NCBI GenBank assembly: GCA_965645245.1
Contig: OZ287077.1
Location: 310,001 to 374,000, forward strand
Length of the DNA: 64,000 nt
Direction: 5' to 3'
Source of the DNA: Massalongia carnosa
Taxonomy: Eukaryota
A model generated the notes under the pieces. It did no database searches, had not been told where the DNA came from, and saw nothing but the letters and a program-made list of their open reading frames with translations. Shown here in pieces: positions 48,853-61,417 of the stretch. The translations under genes and the position numbers were made by a program. Each line of letters starts with the position of its first letter. Position 1 is the first letter of the stretch.

Positions 48853-50003
48853 ATGTCTATCAACCTCGACCCCCCCACCGCCGTTTCCAATGCCAACGAA
48901 CTGAGCAGTGCCGTGCAGCAACACCCACAAGCATGGCTCGATTTCCTTCTTCGCATCACCAACTTCGCGTCCAACGCTCAGGAAATCATCACCACCTTAG
49001 AGACCGACAAAGCAACCGCACTATCTTCCCTTGAACAGGCTAACGTCACTCTGACCGAGAATTCAATCACCATGGCCGCCGGACAGGCTGTTCTAGACGA
49101 ACTCCACACCAACCTTGCCGATGCTCGCAGTCTAAATCACACCGCTCCACTAAGCATCCAGACCCCTCTCTCTTTGGTGGCGACAAAGCAGAACTTCGAG
49201 GATGGATGACACAACTCCGGATCAAGCTAAACATCAACAAGGACCATTATCCCACCGAGCAAAGCAAGCTGGCTTATGCGCTAAGCCGCTTGAAGGAAAA
49301 AGCTTTGGAACAAATGCAGCCGTACCTAGAAAGAGATGGAAACATTGCCCTTGTCGATATGAACGCGTTCTATACCAAACTGCAATTGGCCTTCGGTGAT
49401 CCTGATAGAAAAGCAACAGCACAAAGGGAACTGCGACAGCTTCGACAAAAGAATAAAGAGTTCTACTTATATCCATCCGACTATCAGCGCCTCGTTCCCG
49501 ACACAGGCTTCGACGATGAAGCCAAACGATCGATTCTTCTGGACGGTCTCAGCGATGAGTTAAAATCCGCTCTAATCACGGTAGACCTACCCGCTTCCCT
49601 GGATGACACTATACAAGTCCTCCAGAAAATTGATAACCGATTCCGCTCCGTTCAAGCATCGCTTCGCAAACCATTCACGTATGGCGGCACTTCCCGTTCT
49701 TCCTCCGCTCCGTCTACTCCGACCACCAAGACCTCTTCCAGTCCTACCACCCCCGCTCCTCGACCCGCCCCCACCCCCTCTGCAGACTCAGACGTCATGG
49801 ACCTGTCAACCTCTAGGCGTCGGGGTCCCATCACACCGGCGGAACGATCGCGCCGCATGAACGAGGGACTATGCATGTACTGTGGAGGATCCGGACATTT
49901 CGCCAACGCTTGTCCGGTCTCCAAAGGAAAATCTAGAATGAAGACATTTGAACTAAGCTCGGGAACTCCGGAGGAGGAGGAAAAAGCTCAGTCTTCGGTC
50001 TAA
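48853..50003 (+). pseudogene. gag: Gag with a frameshift near 49130
   Basis: Homologous to the intact gag at 60263-61417; CMYCGGSGHFANAC. Confidence 0.9.
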
Positions 50004-53000
50004 GTCGCGGCCGAAGACAATTATCGAAAGGAGCTATTTCAATTTCGGCATTTTCCTTGTCCAAAGAGCCTCTGTCTGAAGAAAACCTAGATGGTAGGCA
50101 TTTGGTTGTGTCTCTTGTTGTCTCCATAGGAACAATCAGAATCAAGACTTATGCATTGATTGATTGTGGAGCATCTGGATTTGCCTTTGTTGATTCTTCG
50201 TTCGCGCACTACCATCGCATACCCCTCGCCCCCATGAAGAAACCTCGTATTCTTGAACTCGCAGACGGTCGTCCCGTATCGTCTGGAAAACTTACCCACC
50301 TTGCTCGTCTGAACCTTGACATCGCCTCCCACTCCGAACCCGCCAACCTTCTCGTTACCAGTCTCGGTCATTATCCTATCGTTCTCGGCATTAAATGGCT
50401 ACAAGTCCACGACGTCAGCATACGATGGGCCATGAACTCTCTCTCTTTCAACTCACCTTACTGCCGTCAGCACTGTCTTGACAACTCCGAGTCAAATACG
50501 GTGATAGGCATAACCAACGTTCCTGAACTTCGCGCGGAAAAGCCCCTCGTCGTTGAAAGTATCGCTAGTCCCGACACGACTGCGCCAATCATCGCTCATA
50601 ACACTAGTCCCGAGGCGGTTAGATTTAAAAGGTCCGGCCGGTTAAATCTGCGCGTCAACTCTAATGCGGTCGCGTCCGCCGCCCCTTCGCCTATCTTGTC
50701 TTCGACCTTACCCGTTCCGTCCCCGCTCGTTCCGCCGCCGACCAATCAGAGTCCACCATTGAGCATATGTATGATAGGGGCCGCCCCCTTTACCCGTCTA
50801 GCAAAGAAAAAAGAGTGTGAACTCTTTACCGTGAACATGAGAGATATCGAGCGTGCCTTGAACCCTAAACCGGAAATTGACCCTGCTACAGTGTTGCCAC
50901 AGGAATATCATGAATTTCTTGATGTATTTTCCAAGAAAGAAGCTGATAAACTTCCTGAGCGACGTAGCTATGATCATAAAATTCCATTGATGGAAGGAAA
51001 GGAACCCACGTATGGCCCGTTATACGGCATGAGTCGAGACGAACTGTTAGTTCTACAGAAGTATCTCACGGAAAACCTGAAGAAAGGTTTTATTCGATCC
51101 AGTTCTTCCCCGCTGCGTCCCCGGTGTTGTTCGTTAGGAAACCAGGCGGCGGCCTGCGTTTTTGTGTTGATTACAGAGCATTAAATGCGATAACGATCAA
51201 GAACAGATACCCCCTACCTTTGATCAGAGAAACCTTGGACCGCTTGAGTAAGGCAGTTGTCTTTACTAAGTTGGATATTGTCGCGGCTTTCAACCGTCTC
51301 CGTGTAACTCATGGAGAGGAATGGAAAACTGCCTTTCGAACACGTTATGGATTATTCGAATATCTCGTCATGCCATTTGGGCTCTGTGGAGCGCCATCCT
51401 CGTTTCAGGAGTACATTAATGATGTGCTTCGTGAATATCTAGACATCTTCTGCACCGCGTACATCGATGACATATTGATTTACAGCAATTCCATGAGCGA
51501 ACACAAGGGTCATGTGAGAAAAGTACTAACGGCCTTACGGAAGGCCGGACTACAACTCGACATCTCAAAGTGTGAATTCCATGTCACGGAGACCATTTAT
51601 TTAGGGTTGATAATATCCAAAGATGGTATAAGAATGGACCCTAAGAAAATTGAGACAATTCAGAATTGGAACACCCCCGAGAATCTAAAAGACGTGCAGG
51701 CTTTCATAGGATTCGCGAATTTCTATCGTCGATTTGTCAAGGGTTTCTCTCGTATAGCCGGACCATTGACTGCTATGTCAAAAAAGAAGACATCATTCGT
51801 ATGGACCGCTGACTGCGCCAGGGCCTTCGAGGATCTGAAGGCTATGTTCACCAGTGACGTTGTTCTGCTGCATTTTGACCCCGATAAGGAAAGCGTGGTT
51901 GAAACTGACTCTTCTGATTATGTCAATGCCGGAGTTCTCTCACAGTATGATGACAATGGAGTCCTTCGCCCCGTAGCCTTTTTCTCGCGACGTTTGTCAC
52001 CGGCGGAGTGCAATTACGAGATTTATGATAAAGAACTACTAGCCATAATACGTGCATTCGAGGAATGGAGACCAGAACTCCAAGGAGCCGCATACCCGGT
52101 TAAAGTAATCACCGATCATAAAAACCTGGAGTATTTCACCACCACCAAGCAGCTAAGCAGACGACAGGCCCGCTGGGCAGAATATCTTTCACGTTTCGAC
52201 TTCAAAATCACGTATAGACCCGGCAAATTAGGTGGAAAACCTGATGCTTTGACTAGAAGATCAGGAGATCTTCCTAAGGAAGGGGACGTGAGACTGGAAC
52301 ATCAGAATCAGGTGGTATTAAAACCGCATAATTTTGAACTTCATGCTAACAACGTGCCTCGTGTGACTGACGTGTCCGACTCTGAACCTGACATCGTCAT
52401 TGAACCATCGAGCCTTGCTCCCGCCTCCGACTCGGAAGACAAATCTATAGACGAACTCATTGATCTAGGATATGAACATGACCCTATGCCTAACAAAATC
52501 CTGACACTTCTCCGAAACGGTACTCGACACAGCAAGGACATCACCCTAGCCGAATGTGAAGACAGGAATGGAAGACTATACTACAAGGAAAGGCTATATG
52601 TCCCTGATTGGCATGAATTAAAAATGAGACTATGCAAGGAATATCACGACAGTCCAGTCGCCGGTCATCCAGGCAGATCTAAAACATTTAGTCTAATGGC
52701 GCGAGACTACTACTGGCCCCGATATCATCAGTTCATTGCCCGCTATGTTCAGCACTGTCACACATGCTCTCGCAGTAAAGCTACTCATCATGCTAAGTAC
52801 GGAGTGTTGAAACCTTTGCCTGTTCCTCAACAACGATGGAAGGACATATCCATGGATTTCGTCACTGGCCTACCCGAAAGTAGTGATAAAAACGCCGTAC
52901 TAAGCGTTGTTTGTCGACTAACCAAGATGAAGCATTTTATTCCATGCAGAGAAACCACCGACGCTAAGGCCTTGGCTAGGCTATACGTGGAACATGTCTG

Positions 53001-53925
53001 GAAACTTCATGGCCTACCTGACTCCATTGTATCGGACCGAGGAGGCCAGTTCATCGCTGACTTCTGGAAAGCACTATGTGAACGACTAAAGATCAACAGT
53101 CGGCTATCCACATCGTTTCACCCGGAGACCGACGGTCAAACGGAACGATATAACGCGGTCATGGAACAATACCTCAGAAGCTATGTATCCTATCAACAAG
53201 ATGACTGGACCGACTGGTTGCCCATGGCTGAGTTCGCTAGCAATAACTCCGACTCCGAAACAACGTCCGTCAGCCCGTTCCTTGCTAACTATGGTTTCCA
53301 CCCCCGTCTTGGTTTTGAACCTGTTCATCGCGACTCCCCCAATGCGCAGGTCATTAGCGCCGACGAATTCGCCTCCAAAATGCAAAGTATCAGTGAACAC
53401 CTCGGCGACGAAATGCGCCTAGCTCAAGCGCGTTATGAAGCATCTGCTAATGCAAACAGGACCCCGGCTCCCATGTTTCATGTCGGTGACGAGGTATGGT
53501 TGGACGCTAGGCATATAAAGACCAAACGGCCATCACGAAAGTTGGATTGGAAAAAGCTTGGAAGGTTCATTATAAAGAAGGTTGTTAGCAAGTACGCATA
53601 CGAGTTAGACCTTCCCGCCTCTATGAAAGTTCATCCTGTGTTCCATGTCTCTCTTCTAGAGCCTGTCTCTCAACACCCCCACGTCGGCCACATACCCGCT
53701 CCTTCTCCCCCTGTCGAAGTTGAAGGTGAAACAGAGTGGGAAGTCGAAGAAATTTTGGACTCCCGTTTCTTTCGAAGACGATTACAATACCTGATCAAAT
53801 GGACTGGTTGGGACGCCCCCGACTGGACTGAAGCTAAGGACGTCACCCACTGCTCAGACCTATTGGAAGACTTTCATCGATTGAGGCCTACCAAGCCTGG
53901 TGGTCCTCGCGGAGCTCGGACCTAA
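49979..53925 (+). pseudogene. pol: Pol with a frameshift near 51110
   Basis: ALIDCGA, YIDD, integrase, chromodomain; sister of 56295-60287. Confidence 0.92.
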
Positions 53926-54788
53926 AAGGGGAGCTGGTGTCATGGAGTGACTGGGCACCTGCCAGTTAGTTCATTGAACCAACCTTAGCTGCTTGAACGA
54001 AGCACTAGCCGGCTAGCCGATCCGAAAGGAACTAAGCTTAATCCGGTTTAGTCAGGGCAAAGGTAAGTGTTCCGGCTGAAGTTAAGTGTTCGGACTGTCA
54101 ATAGTGTCATAGCGATAGTTTCATGCCAGGGACTTGGGAAATTGGATCAACGGCTGGATTGGGACTGGTTCCGTTCGCCAGAGTCTTATACTCGCCCACG
54201 TTGGATTTTCTGTTTCTTTTCTCCTTGTCGAACGTCTTGTCCACCTAGCTAGACAATCAAGTAATACGTTTGCACCATCTGAATTTCTACCTGACCTCGC
54301 ACCGTGACAGCTTCGACGGACTGAAGCTAGGACGAAACGGGAAAGGGTTGGATGAAAACTCTCTAATTCGGATCGGCGAGGGCAGTACGCTAAGAAGAGC
54401 CCATTCTTCGGGGCTAACTATAACTGGAAGCGGCTAGGGGCTAGCCGCAGCTAGACGGGCGGTAGTATAACGGTTCGACCAAGCGTGGTGCGGACGGCAG
54501 GACCTACAGCGAACATAGCAGGAGTCCCAGTTATAGTAGAATAGAGCTTGGTCTGCGGACTAAGTATTGTGCCTTTTGGTCGGGAGGACAGGTGGCGCAA
54601 TGGTAGAAATCTATTCACTATCTCGCTTCGTCACACTCGATAGGATTTAAATCAGGTAAATAGGGGGGCCAATGGATGACCTCTATGCCGTTCTCATTGA
54701 ACCATTCTATTACCTTTTTAGCCTTATGTATAGGTGCGTTATCCTGCATGAAAATGAGGCCCGGTTGCCAAATTCCAAGCAGATTATC

Positions 54789-55278
54789 TGTCATGGAATT
54801 ACCTCGCACCCTCCCACGTTTCCTGATCGGGTTAGTATTTAACAGGCTCTCTTGCCGTGAAACCTGCCCTGCATGTTGAATAGAACCGTGGCCCGTTATT
54901 CCGAACTATCCTGAAACCTCGCCCCATGTGTTCAGACGTTCTTCCGCTGCCTTCAGTGCACTCCCAAACTCCTATATCCCGAATCCAATCTCAACGTCTC
55001 CACTATCCAAGCCTACGACTGGGATTGCCCAGCAGAGAGAGATTGCTTCGGCATGGAGAAAGGCGGAACAGGTCAAAGCGATCATGGTTAGGAAATTAGA
55101 ACAGGAACAGAGATGAGGGCAAGTCAAGAATAGGGGAGTTGGAAGCCATGGCTATAAAACCTATGTGGTTTCTCAGGTGTTTGGAGCTATTCGTCGGACG
55201 TCTTGTATACTATCCCTAGACCTAGCTTTCTAAATAGTAACTCTTGTATATCTCCCTATCTGGACCTTGTCCGTGACA
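54789..55278. mobile_element. Solo LTR (490 bp) inside the Tc1 transposase
   Basis: TGTCA...TGACA, exact TSD TTATC; start resembles the LTR at 63435. Confidence 0.87.
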
Positions 55279-56294
55279 TTATCGTTCAATAATTCCATAT
55301 ATGAGTTCGCCGAGTACCCCATCTTCTTCGCAGCAAAATCACGAGCCAATTTGTAAAGATCTGACCTGTCATCTCCCCAAAAAGCTGCCCAGACCATGAC
55401 ACTGACTCCTTTGCCTTTGGGGACAGGTTTTATCATCTCTTTATTCTATTTTTCTTTCGGCAATCTGAACACCTACTGACGCTGTTTTCCTGACCCCTTT
55501 TCCACCGAGCACTCATCTGACCATATAACTCTTGACCACTGCTCAAAAGTCCACTTACGCCGCAGCAAGCACCAATCCAATCGTTTCTTGGCCACCTCAG
55601 GCGTCAATAAGGTCGTTTTTTAGCCACCCAGTTGATTAAACCATACAGTTTGAGTGCCCGATAAATAGTCGTACGACTGAAGCCGAGCCCTACTTCTAGT
55701 TTGATTTGTGCATAAGTGATTCGTGGATTGATTCGTGCATGCTTGATGATATAACGTCGATCGCGTTCTGACAGCACTTCAGGCCGTCCAGAACGTGATT
55801 TAGACACGCCGTCGTTGCGAATTGAGTACTTCTGAAGGGTGCTCTGCACGGTCAATTTAGTGAAATTAAGAGTCTTCCCAATCTCGGTCGGTGTGTGCCT
55901 CAATGCCTGGGCCCCAACAATTATACCACGTTGATATTGTCACGGTGCGAGGTCAGGTAGGAATTCAGGTGGTGCAAACGTGTTACTTGATTGTCTAGCT
56001 AGGTGGACAAGACGTTCGACAAGGAGAAAAGAAACAGAAAATCCAACGTGGGCGAGTATAAGACTCTGGCGAACGGAACTAGTCCCAATCCAGCCGTTGA
56101 TCCAATTTCCCCAAGTCCCTAGCATGAAACTATCGCCATGACACTATTGATAGTCGGAACACTTACCTTTGAACCGGATTAAGCTTAGTTCCTTTCGGAT
56201 CGGCTAACCGGCTAGTGCTTCGTTCAAGCAGCTAAGGTTGATTCAATGAACTAACTGGCAGGTGCCCAGTCACTCCATGACACCAGCTCCCCTT

Positions 56295-59200
56295 TTAGGT
56301 CCGAGCTCCGCGAGGACCACCGGGCTTGGTAGGCCTCAGTCGATGAAAGTCTTCCAATAGGTCGGAGCAGTGGGTGACGTCCTTAGCTTCGGTCCAGTCG
56401 GGTGCGTCCCAACCAGTCCACTTGATTAGGTACTGTAAACGTCTTCGGAAGAAACGAGAGTCCAAAATTTCCTCGACCTCCCACTCCGTTTCACCTTCAA
56501 CTTCGACAGGAGGGGAAGGAGCGGGTATGTGGCCGACGTGGGGGTGTTGAGAGACAGGTTCTAGGAGGGAGACATGGAACACAGGATGAACGTTCATGGA
56601 GGCGGGAAGGTCTAACTCGTATGCGTACTTGCTGACAACTTTCTTTATAGTGAACCTTCCAAGCTTTTTCCAGTCCAACTTTCGCGATGGCCGTTTGGTC
56701 TTTATATGTCGAGCGTCCAACCATACCTCGTCACCGATCTGAAACATAGGAGCCGGGGTCCTACTTGCATTAGCAGATGCTTCGTAACGTGCTTGAGCTA
56801 GGCGCATTTCGTCGCCGAGGTGTTCACTGATACTTTCCATTTTGAAAGCAAATTCGTCAGCGCTAATGACATGGGCATTAGGGGAGTCGCGATGAACAGG
56901 TTCAAAACCAAGACGGGGGTGGAAACCATAGTTGGCAAGGAATGGGCTGACGGACGTTGTCTCGGAGTCGGAGTTATTACTAGCGAATTCAGCCATGGGT
57001 AGCCAGTCGGTCCAATCATCTTGTTGATAAGACACATAGCTTCTGAGGTATTGTTCCATGACTGCATTATAACGTTCCGTTTGACCGTCAGTTTCCGGGT
57101 GAAACGACGTAGATAACCGACTGTTGATCCTTAGTCGTTCACATAGTGCTTTCCAAAAGTCAGCTATGAACTGGCCTCCTCGATCCGACACAATGGAGTC
57201 GGGTAGGCCATGAAGTTTCCAGACATGTTCAACGTATAGTCTAGCCAAGGCCTTAGCGTCGGTGGTTTCTCTGCAGGGAATAAAGTGCTTCATCTTGGTT
57301 AGTCGACAAACAACGCTTAGCACGGCGTTTTTATCACTACTTTCGGGTAGGCCGGTAACGAAATCCATAGATATGTCCTTCCATCGTTGTTGGGGAACGG
57401 GCAAAGGTTTTAACACTCCGTACTTGGCATGATGGGAAGCCTTACTGCGAGAGCATGTATGACAGTGTTGAACATAGCGAGCAATGAACTGATGATATCG
57501 GGGCCAGTAGTAGTCTCGCGCCATCAGACTAAATGTTTTAGATCTGCCTGGATGGCCGGCGACTGGGCTGTCGTGATATTCCTTGCATAGTCTCATTTTT
57601 AGTTCATGCCAATCAGGGACATAAAGCCTTTCCTTGTAGTATAGTCTTCCATTCCTGTCTTCGCATTCGGCTAGGGTGATGTCCTTGCTGTGTCGAGCAC
57701 CGTTTCGGAGAAGGGTCAGGATTTTGTTAGGCGTGGGGTCATGTTCATATCCTAGATCAATGAGTTCGTCTATAGATTTGTCTTCCGAGTCGAGGGCAGG
57801 GGCGAGATTCGATGGTTCAATGGCGATGTCAGGTGCGATGTCAGGTGCGATGTCAGGTTCAGAGTCGGACACGTCAGTCACACGAGGCACGTTGTTAGCA
57901 TGAAGTTCAAAATTATGCGGTTTTAATACCACCTGATTCTGATGTTCTAGTCTCACGTCCCCTTCTTTAGGAAGATCTCCTGATCTTCTAGTCAAAGCGT
58001 CAGGTTTTCCGCCTAATTTGCCGGGTCGATACGTGATTTTGAAGTCGAAACGTGAGAGATATTCTGCCCAGCGGGCCTGTCGCCTGCTTAGCTGCTTGGT
58101 GGTGGTGAAATACTCCAGGTTTTTATGATCAGTGATTACCTTGACCGGGTAGGCGGCTCCCTGAAGTTCTGGTCTCCATTCCTCGAAGGCACGTATTATG
58201 GCTAACAGTTCTTTATCATAAATCTCGTAATTGCACTCTGCCGGTGACAAACGTCGCGAGAAAAAGGCTACGGGGCGAAGGACTCCATCGTCATCATACT
58301 GTGAGAGGACTCCGGCATTGACATAATCGGAAGAGTCAGTTTCAACCACGCTTTCCTTATCAGGGTCAAAATGCAGCAAAACAAGGTCACTAGTGAACAT
58401 AGCCTTCAGATCTTCGAAGGCCTTGGCGCAGTCATCGGTCCATACGAATGGTATCTTCTTTTTTGACATAGCAGTCAATGGTCCGGCTATACGAGAGAAA
58501 CCCTTGACAAATCGACGATAGAAATTCGCGAATCCTATGAAGGCCTGCACGTCCTTGAGGTTCTCGGGGGTGTTCCAATTCTGAATAGTTTCAATTTTCT
58601 TAGGGTCCATTCTTATACCATCTTTGGATATTATTAACCCTAAGTAAATGGTCTCCGTGACATGGAATTCACACTTTGAGATGTCGAGTTGTAATCCGGC
58701 CTTTTGTAAGGCCATCAGCACTTTTCTCACATGATCCTTGTGTTCTTTCAGGGAATTGCTGTAAATCAATATGTCATCGATGTACGCGGTGCAGAAGATG
58801 TCTAGATATTCACGAAGCACATCATTAATGTACTCCTGAAACGAAGATGGGGCTCCACAGAGTCCAAACGGCATGACGAGATATTCATATAATCCATAGC
58901 GTGTTCGAAAGGCAGTCTTCCATTCCTCTCCATGAGCTACACGGAGACGGTTGAAGGCCGCGACAATATCCAACTTAGTAAAGATAACTGCTTTACTCAA
59001 GCGGTCCAAGGTTTCTCTGATCAAAGGTAGGGGGTATCTGTTCTTGATCGTTATCGCATTTAATGCTCTGTAATCAACACAAAAACGCAGGCCTCCGCCT
59101 GGTTTCCTAACGAACAACACCGGGGACGCAGCAGGGGAAGAACTGGACCGAATAAAACCCTTCTTCAGGTTTTCCGTCAGATACTTCTGTAGAACTAACA

Positions 59201-60287
59201 GTTCATCTCGACTCATGCCATATAACGGGCCATACGTGGGTTCCTTTCCATTCATCAACGGAATTTTATGATCATGGCTACGTCGCCCCGGAAGTTTATC
59301 AGCTTCTTTCTTGGAAAATACATCAAGAAATTCATGATATTCCGATGGCAACACTGTAGCGGGATCAACTTCCGGCTTAGGGTTCAAGGAATGTTCAATG
59401 TCTCTCATGTTCACGGTAAAGAGTTCACACTCCTTCTTCTTCGCTAGACGGGTAAAGGGGGCTGCCCCTATCATACATATGCTCAATGGTGGATTCTTAT
59501 GGGTCGGCGGCGGAACGAGCAGGGACGGGACGGGTGAAGTCCAAGGCAAGATAGGCGAAACGGGCAAGGTCGGAGGCAAGATGGGCGAGGGGGCGGCGAT
59601 CGCGATCGATTTTGAATTAACGCGCCGATTTAACCGGCCGGGCCTGTTAAATCTAACCGCTTCGGAACTAGGGTCTTCGGTGATTGCAGCAGTCAAGTCG
59701 GGACTAGCGCTGCTTTCAACGACGAGGGGTTTTTCAGCGCGGAGTTCTGGAACGTTGGTTATGCCGATGACCGTGTTTGACTCGGAGTTGTCAAGACAGT
59801 GCTGACGGCAGTAAGGTGAGTTGAAAGTGAGAGAGTTCATTGCCCATCGTATGCTGACGTCGTGAATTTGCAGCCATTTAATGCCGAGAACGATGGGATA
59901 GTGACCGAGGCTGGTGACGAGAAGGTTAGCGGGTTCGGAATGCGAGGCGATGTCAAGGTTCAGACGGGCGAGGTGAGTAAGCTTTCCAGACGACACGGGA
60001 CGGCCGTCTGCGAGTTCAAGAATACGAGGGTTCTTCATGAGGGCGAGGGGTATGCGATGATGGTGCGCGAACGAGGAATCAACAAAGGCAAATCCAGATG
60101 CTCCACAATCAATCAATGCATAAGTCTTGATTCTGATTGTTCCTATGGAAACAACAAGAGACACAACCAAATGCCTTCCATCCAAATATTCTTCGGATAG
60201 AGGTTCTTTGGACAAGGAAAATGCCGAAATCGAAATAGTTTCTTTTTGTCTTCGGCCGCGACTTAGGCCGAAGACTGAACTTTTCCC
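56295..60287 (-). CDS. pol: Pol (PR-RT-RH-IN-chromodomain), expressed via -1 frameshift
   Basis: >1300-codon open frame; slippery G GGA AAA at 60287-60281 followed by a hairpin. Confidence 0.95.
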   Translation of the reverse strand, partial: GKSSVFGLSRGRRQKETISISAFSLSKEPLSEEYLDGRHLVVSLVVSIGTIRIKTYALIDCGASGFAFVDSSFAHHHRIPLALMKNPRILELADGRPVSSGKLTHLARLNLDIASHSEPANLLVTSLGHYPIVLGIKWLQIHDVSIRWAMNSLTFNSPYCRQHCLDNSESNTVIGITNVPELRAEKPLVVESSASPDLTAAITEDPSSEAVRFNRPGRLNRRVNSKSIAIAAPSPILPPTLPVSPILPWTSPVPSLLVPPPTHKNPPLSICMIGAAPFTRLAKKKECELFTVNMRDIEHSLNPKPEVDPATVLPSEYHEFLDVFSKKEADKLPGRRSHDHKIPLMNGKEPTYGPLYGMSRDELLVLQKYLTENLKKGFIRSSSSPAASPVLFVRKPGGGLRFCVDYRALNAITIKNRYPLPLIRETLDRLSKAVIFTKLDIVAAFNRLRVAHGEEWKTAFRTRYGLYEYLVMPFGLCGAPSSFQEYINDVLREYLDIFCTAYIDDILIYSNSLKEHKDHVRKVLMALQKAGLQLDISKCEFHVTETIYLGLIISKDGIRMDPKKIETIQNWNTPENLKDVQAFIGFANFYRRFVKGFSRIAGPLTAMSKKKIPFVWTDDCAKAFEDLKAMFTSDLVLLHFDPDKESVVETDSSDYVNAGVLSQYDDDGVLRPVAFFSRRLSPAECNYEIYDKELLAIIRAFEEWRPELQGAAYPVKVITDHKNLEYFTTTKQLSRRQARWAEYLSRFDFKITYRPGKLGGKPDALTRRSGDLPKEGDVRLEHQNQVVLKPHNFELHANNVPRVTDVSDSEPDIAPDIAPDIAIEPSNLAPALDSEDKSIDELIDLGYEHDPTPNKILTLLRNGARHSKDITLAECEDRNGRLYYKERLYVPDWHELKMRLCKEYHDSPVAGHPGRSKTFSLMARDYYWPRYHQFIARYVQHCHTCSRSKASHHAKYGVLKPLPVPQQRWKDISMDFVTGLPESSDKNAVLSVVCRLTKMKHFIPCRETTDAKALARLYVEHVWKLHGLPDSIVSDRGGQFIADFWKALCERLRINSRLSTSFHPETDGQTERYNAVMEQYLRSYVSYQQDDWTDWLPMAEFASNNSDSETTSVSPFLANYGFHPRLGFEPVHRDSPNAHVISADEFAFKMESISEHLGDEMRLAQARYEASANASRTPAPMFQIGDEVWLDARHIKTKRPSRKLDWKKLGRFTIKKVVSKYAYELDLPASMNVHPVFHVSLLEPVSQHPHVGHIPAPSPPVEVEGETEWEVEEILDSRFFRRRLQYLIKWTGWDAPDWTEAKDVTHCSDLLEDFHRLRPTKPGGPRGART

Positions 60288-61417
60288 TCCTCTTCCGAAG
60301 TCACCGTGCTCAGTTCATATGTCCTCACTCTAGGTTTTCCCTTGGAGGCTGGGCAGGAATTGGCGAAATGTCCTGATCCTCCACAGTACATGCATAGTCC
60401 TTCGTTCATGCGGCGTGATCTTTCCGCCGGGGTGATGGGACCGCGACGCCTGGAGGTCGACAGGTCCATGGCGTCCGTGTCTGCGGATGGGGTGATTGCG
60501 GGCCTAGGAGCGGGAGTGCTGAAGGTGGAGGTGGAAGAGGTCTTGGTAGTCGGGGTGGACGGGGCGGAGGAAGAGCGAGATGAACCATATGAAAATGGTT
60601 TGCGGATTGAGGCCTGGACGGAACGGAATCGATTATCAATTTTCTGGAGAACTTGTATGGTGTCGTCCAACGACGGGGGTAGGTCAACCGTGATGAGAGC
60701 AGATTTCAACTCATCACTGAGACCATCTAGGAGAATGGATCGCTTGGCTTCATCATCGAAGCCTGTGTCTGGAACGAGACGTTGATAATCTGATAGGTAT
60801 AGGTAGAACTCTTTATTCTTTTGTCGAAGCTGTCGCAGTTCCCTTTGTGCTGTCGCTTTTCTATCGGGGTCACCGAAGGCCAATTGCAATTTTGTATAAA
60901 ACGCTTCCATATCGACAAGAGCGATATTTCCATCTTTTTCCAGGTACGGCTGCAGTTGTTCCAATGCTCTCTCCTTCAAGCGGCTTAGTGCATAAGCGAG
61001 CTTGCTTTGCTCGGTGGGATAGTGGTCCTTGTTGATGTTCAGCTTTATTCGGAGTTGCGTCATCCATCCCCGAAGTTCTGCCTTATCGCCACCAAAGGAA
61101 GATGGGTCCGGATGTTTGGTAGAACGATGTGACTTAGACTGCGAGGCATCGATCAGATTGGTGCGAAGTTCGTCTATGACAGCTTGTCCAGCGGCCATGG
61201 TGATTGCATTCTCGGACAGAGTGATGTTAACCTGCTCAAGGGAAGATAGTGCAGTTGCTTTGTCGGTCTCTAAAGTGGTGATAAGTTCCTGAGCATTGGC
61301 CGAGAAGTTGGTGACGCGAAGAAGGAACTCGAGCCATGCCTGTGGCTGTTGCTGCACGGCAGTTCTCAGTTCGTCGGCGTTGGAAACGGAGATAGGGGGG
61401 TCGAGGTTGATGGACAT
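60263..61417 (-). CDS. gag: Gag
   Basis: MSINLDPP start; CMYCGGSGHFANSC. Confidence 0.93.
   Translation of the reverse strand: MSINLDPPISVSNADELRTAVQQQPQAWLEFLLRVTNFSANAQELITTLETDKATALSSLEQVNITLSENAITMAAGQAVIDELRTNLIDASQSKSHRSTKHPDPSSFGGDKAELRGWMTQLRIKLNINKDHYPTEQSKLAYALSRLKERALEQLQPYLEKDGNIALVDMEAFYTKLQLAFGDPDRKATAQRELRQLRQKNKEFYLYLSDYQRLVPDTGFDDEAKRSILLDGLSDELKSALITVDLPPSLDDTIQVLQKIDNRFRSVQASIRKPFSYGSSRSSSAPSTPTTKTSSTSTFSTPAPRPAITPSADTDAMDLSTSRRRGPITPAERSRRMNEGLCMYCGGSGHFANSCPASKGKPRVRTYELSTVTSEEEGKVQSSA

Larger units (their letters stand above)
48442..54309 (+). mobile_element. Ty3/gypsy chromovirus nested in the TRIM
   Basis: 372-bp LTRs 48442-48813 and 53938-54309 (~2 differences); TSD GATTC/GCTTC; PPT AAAAGGGGAG. 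Confidence 0.96.
48194..54635 (+). mobile_element. Self-priming TRIM-like element (~570 bp without the nested gypsy)
   Basis: 170-bp LTRs 48194-48363 and 54466-54635; exact TSD CTCGA; internal region only ~230 bp. Confidence 0.9.
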
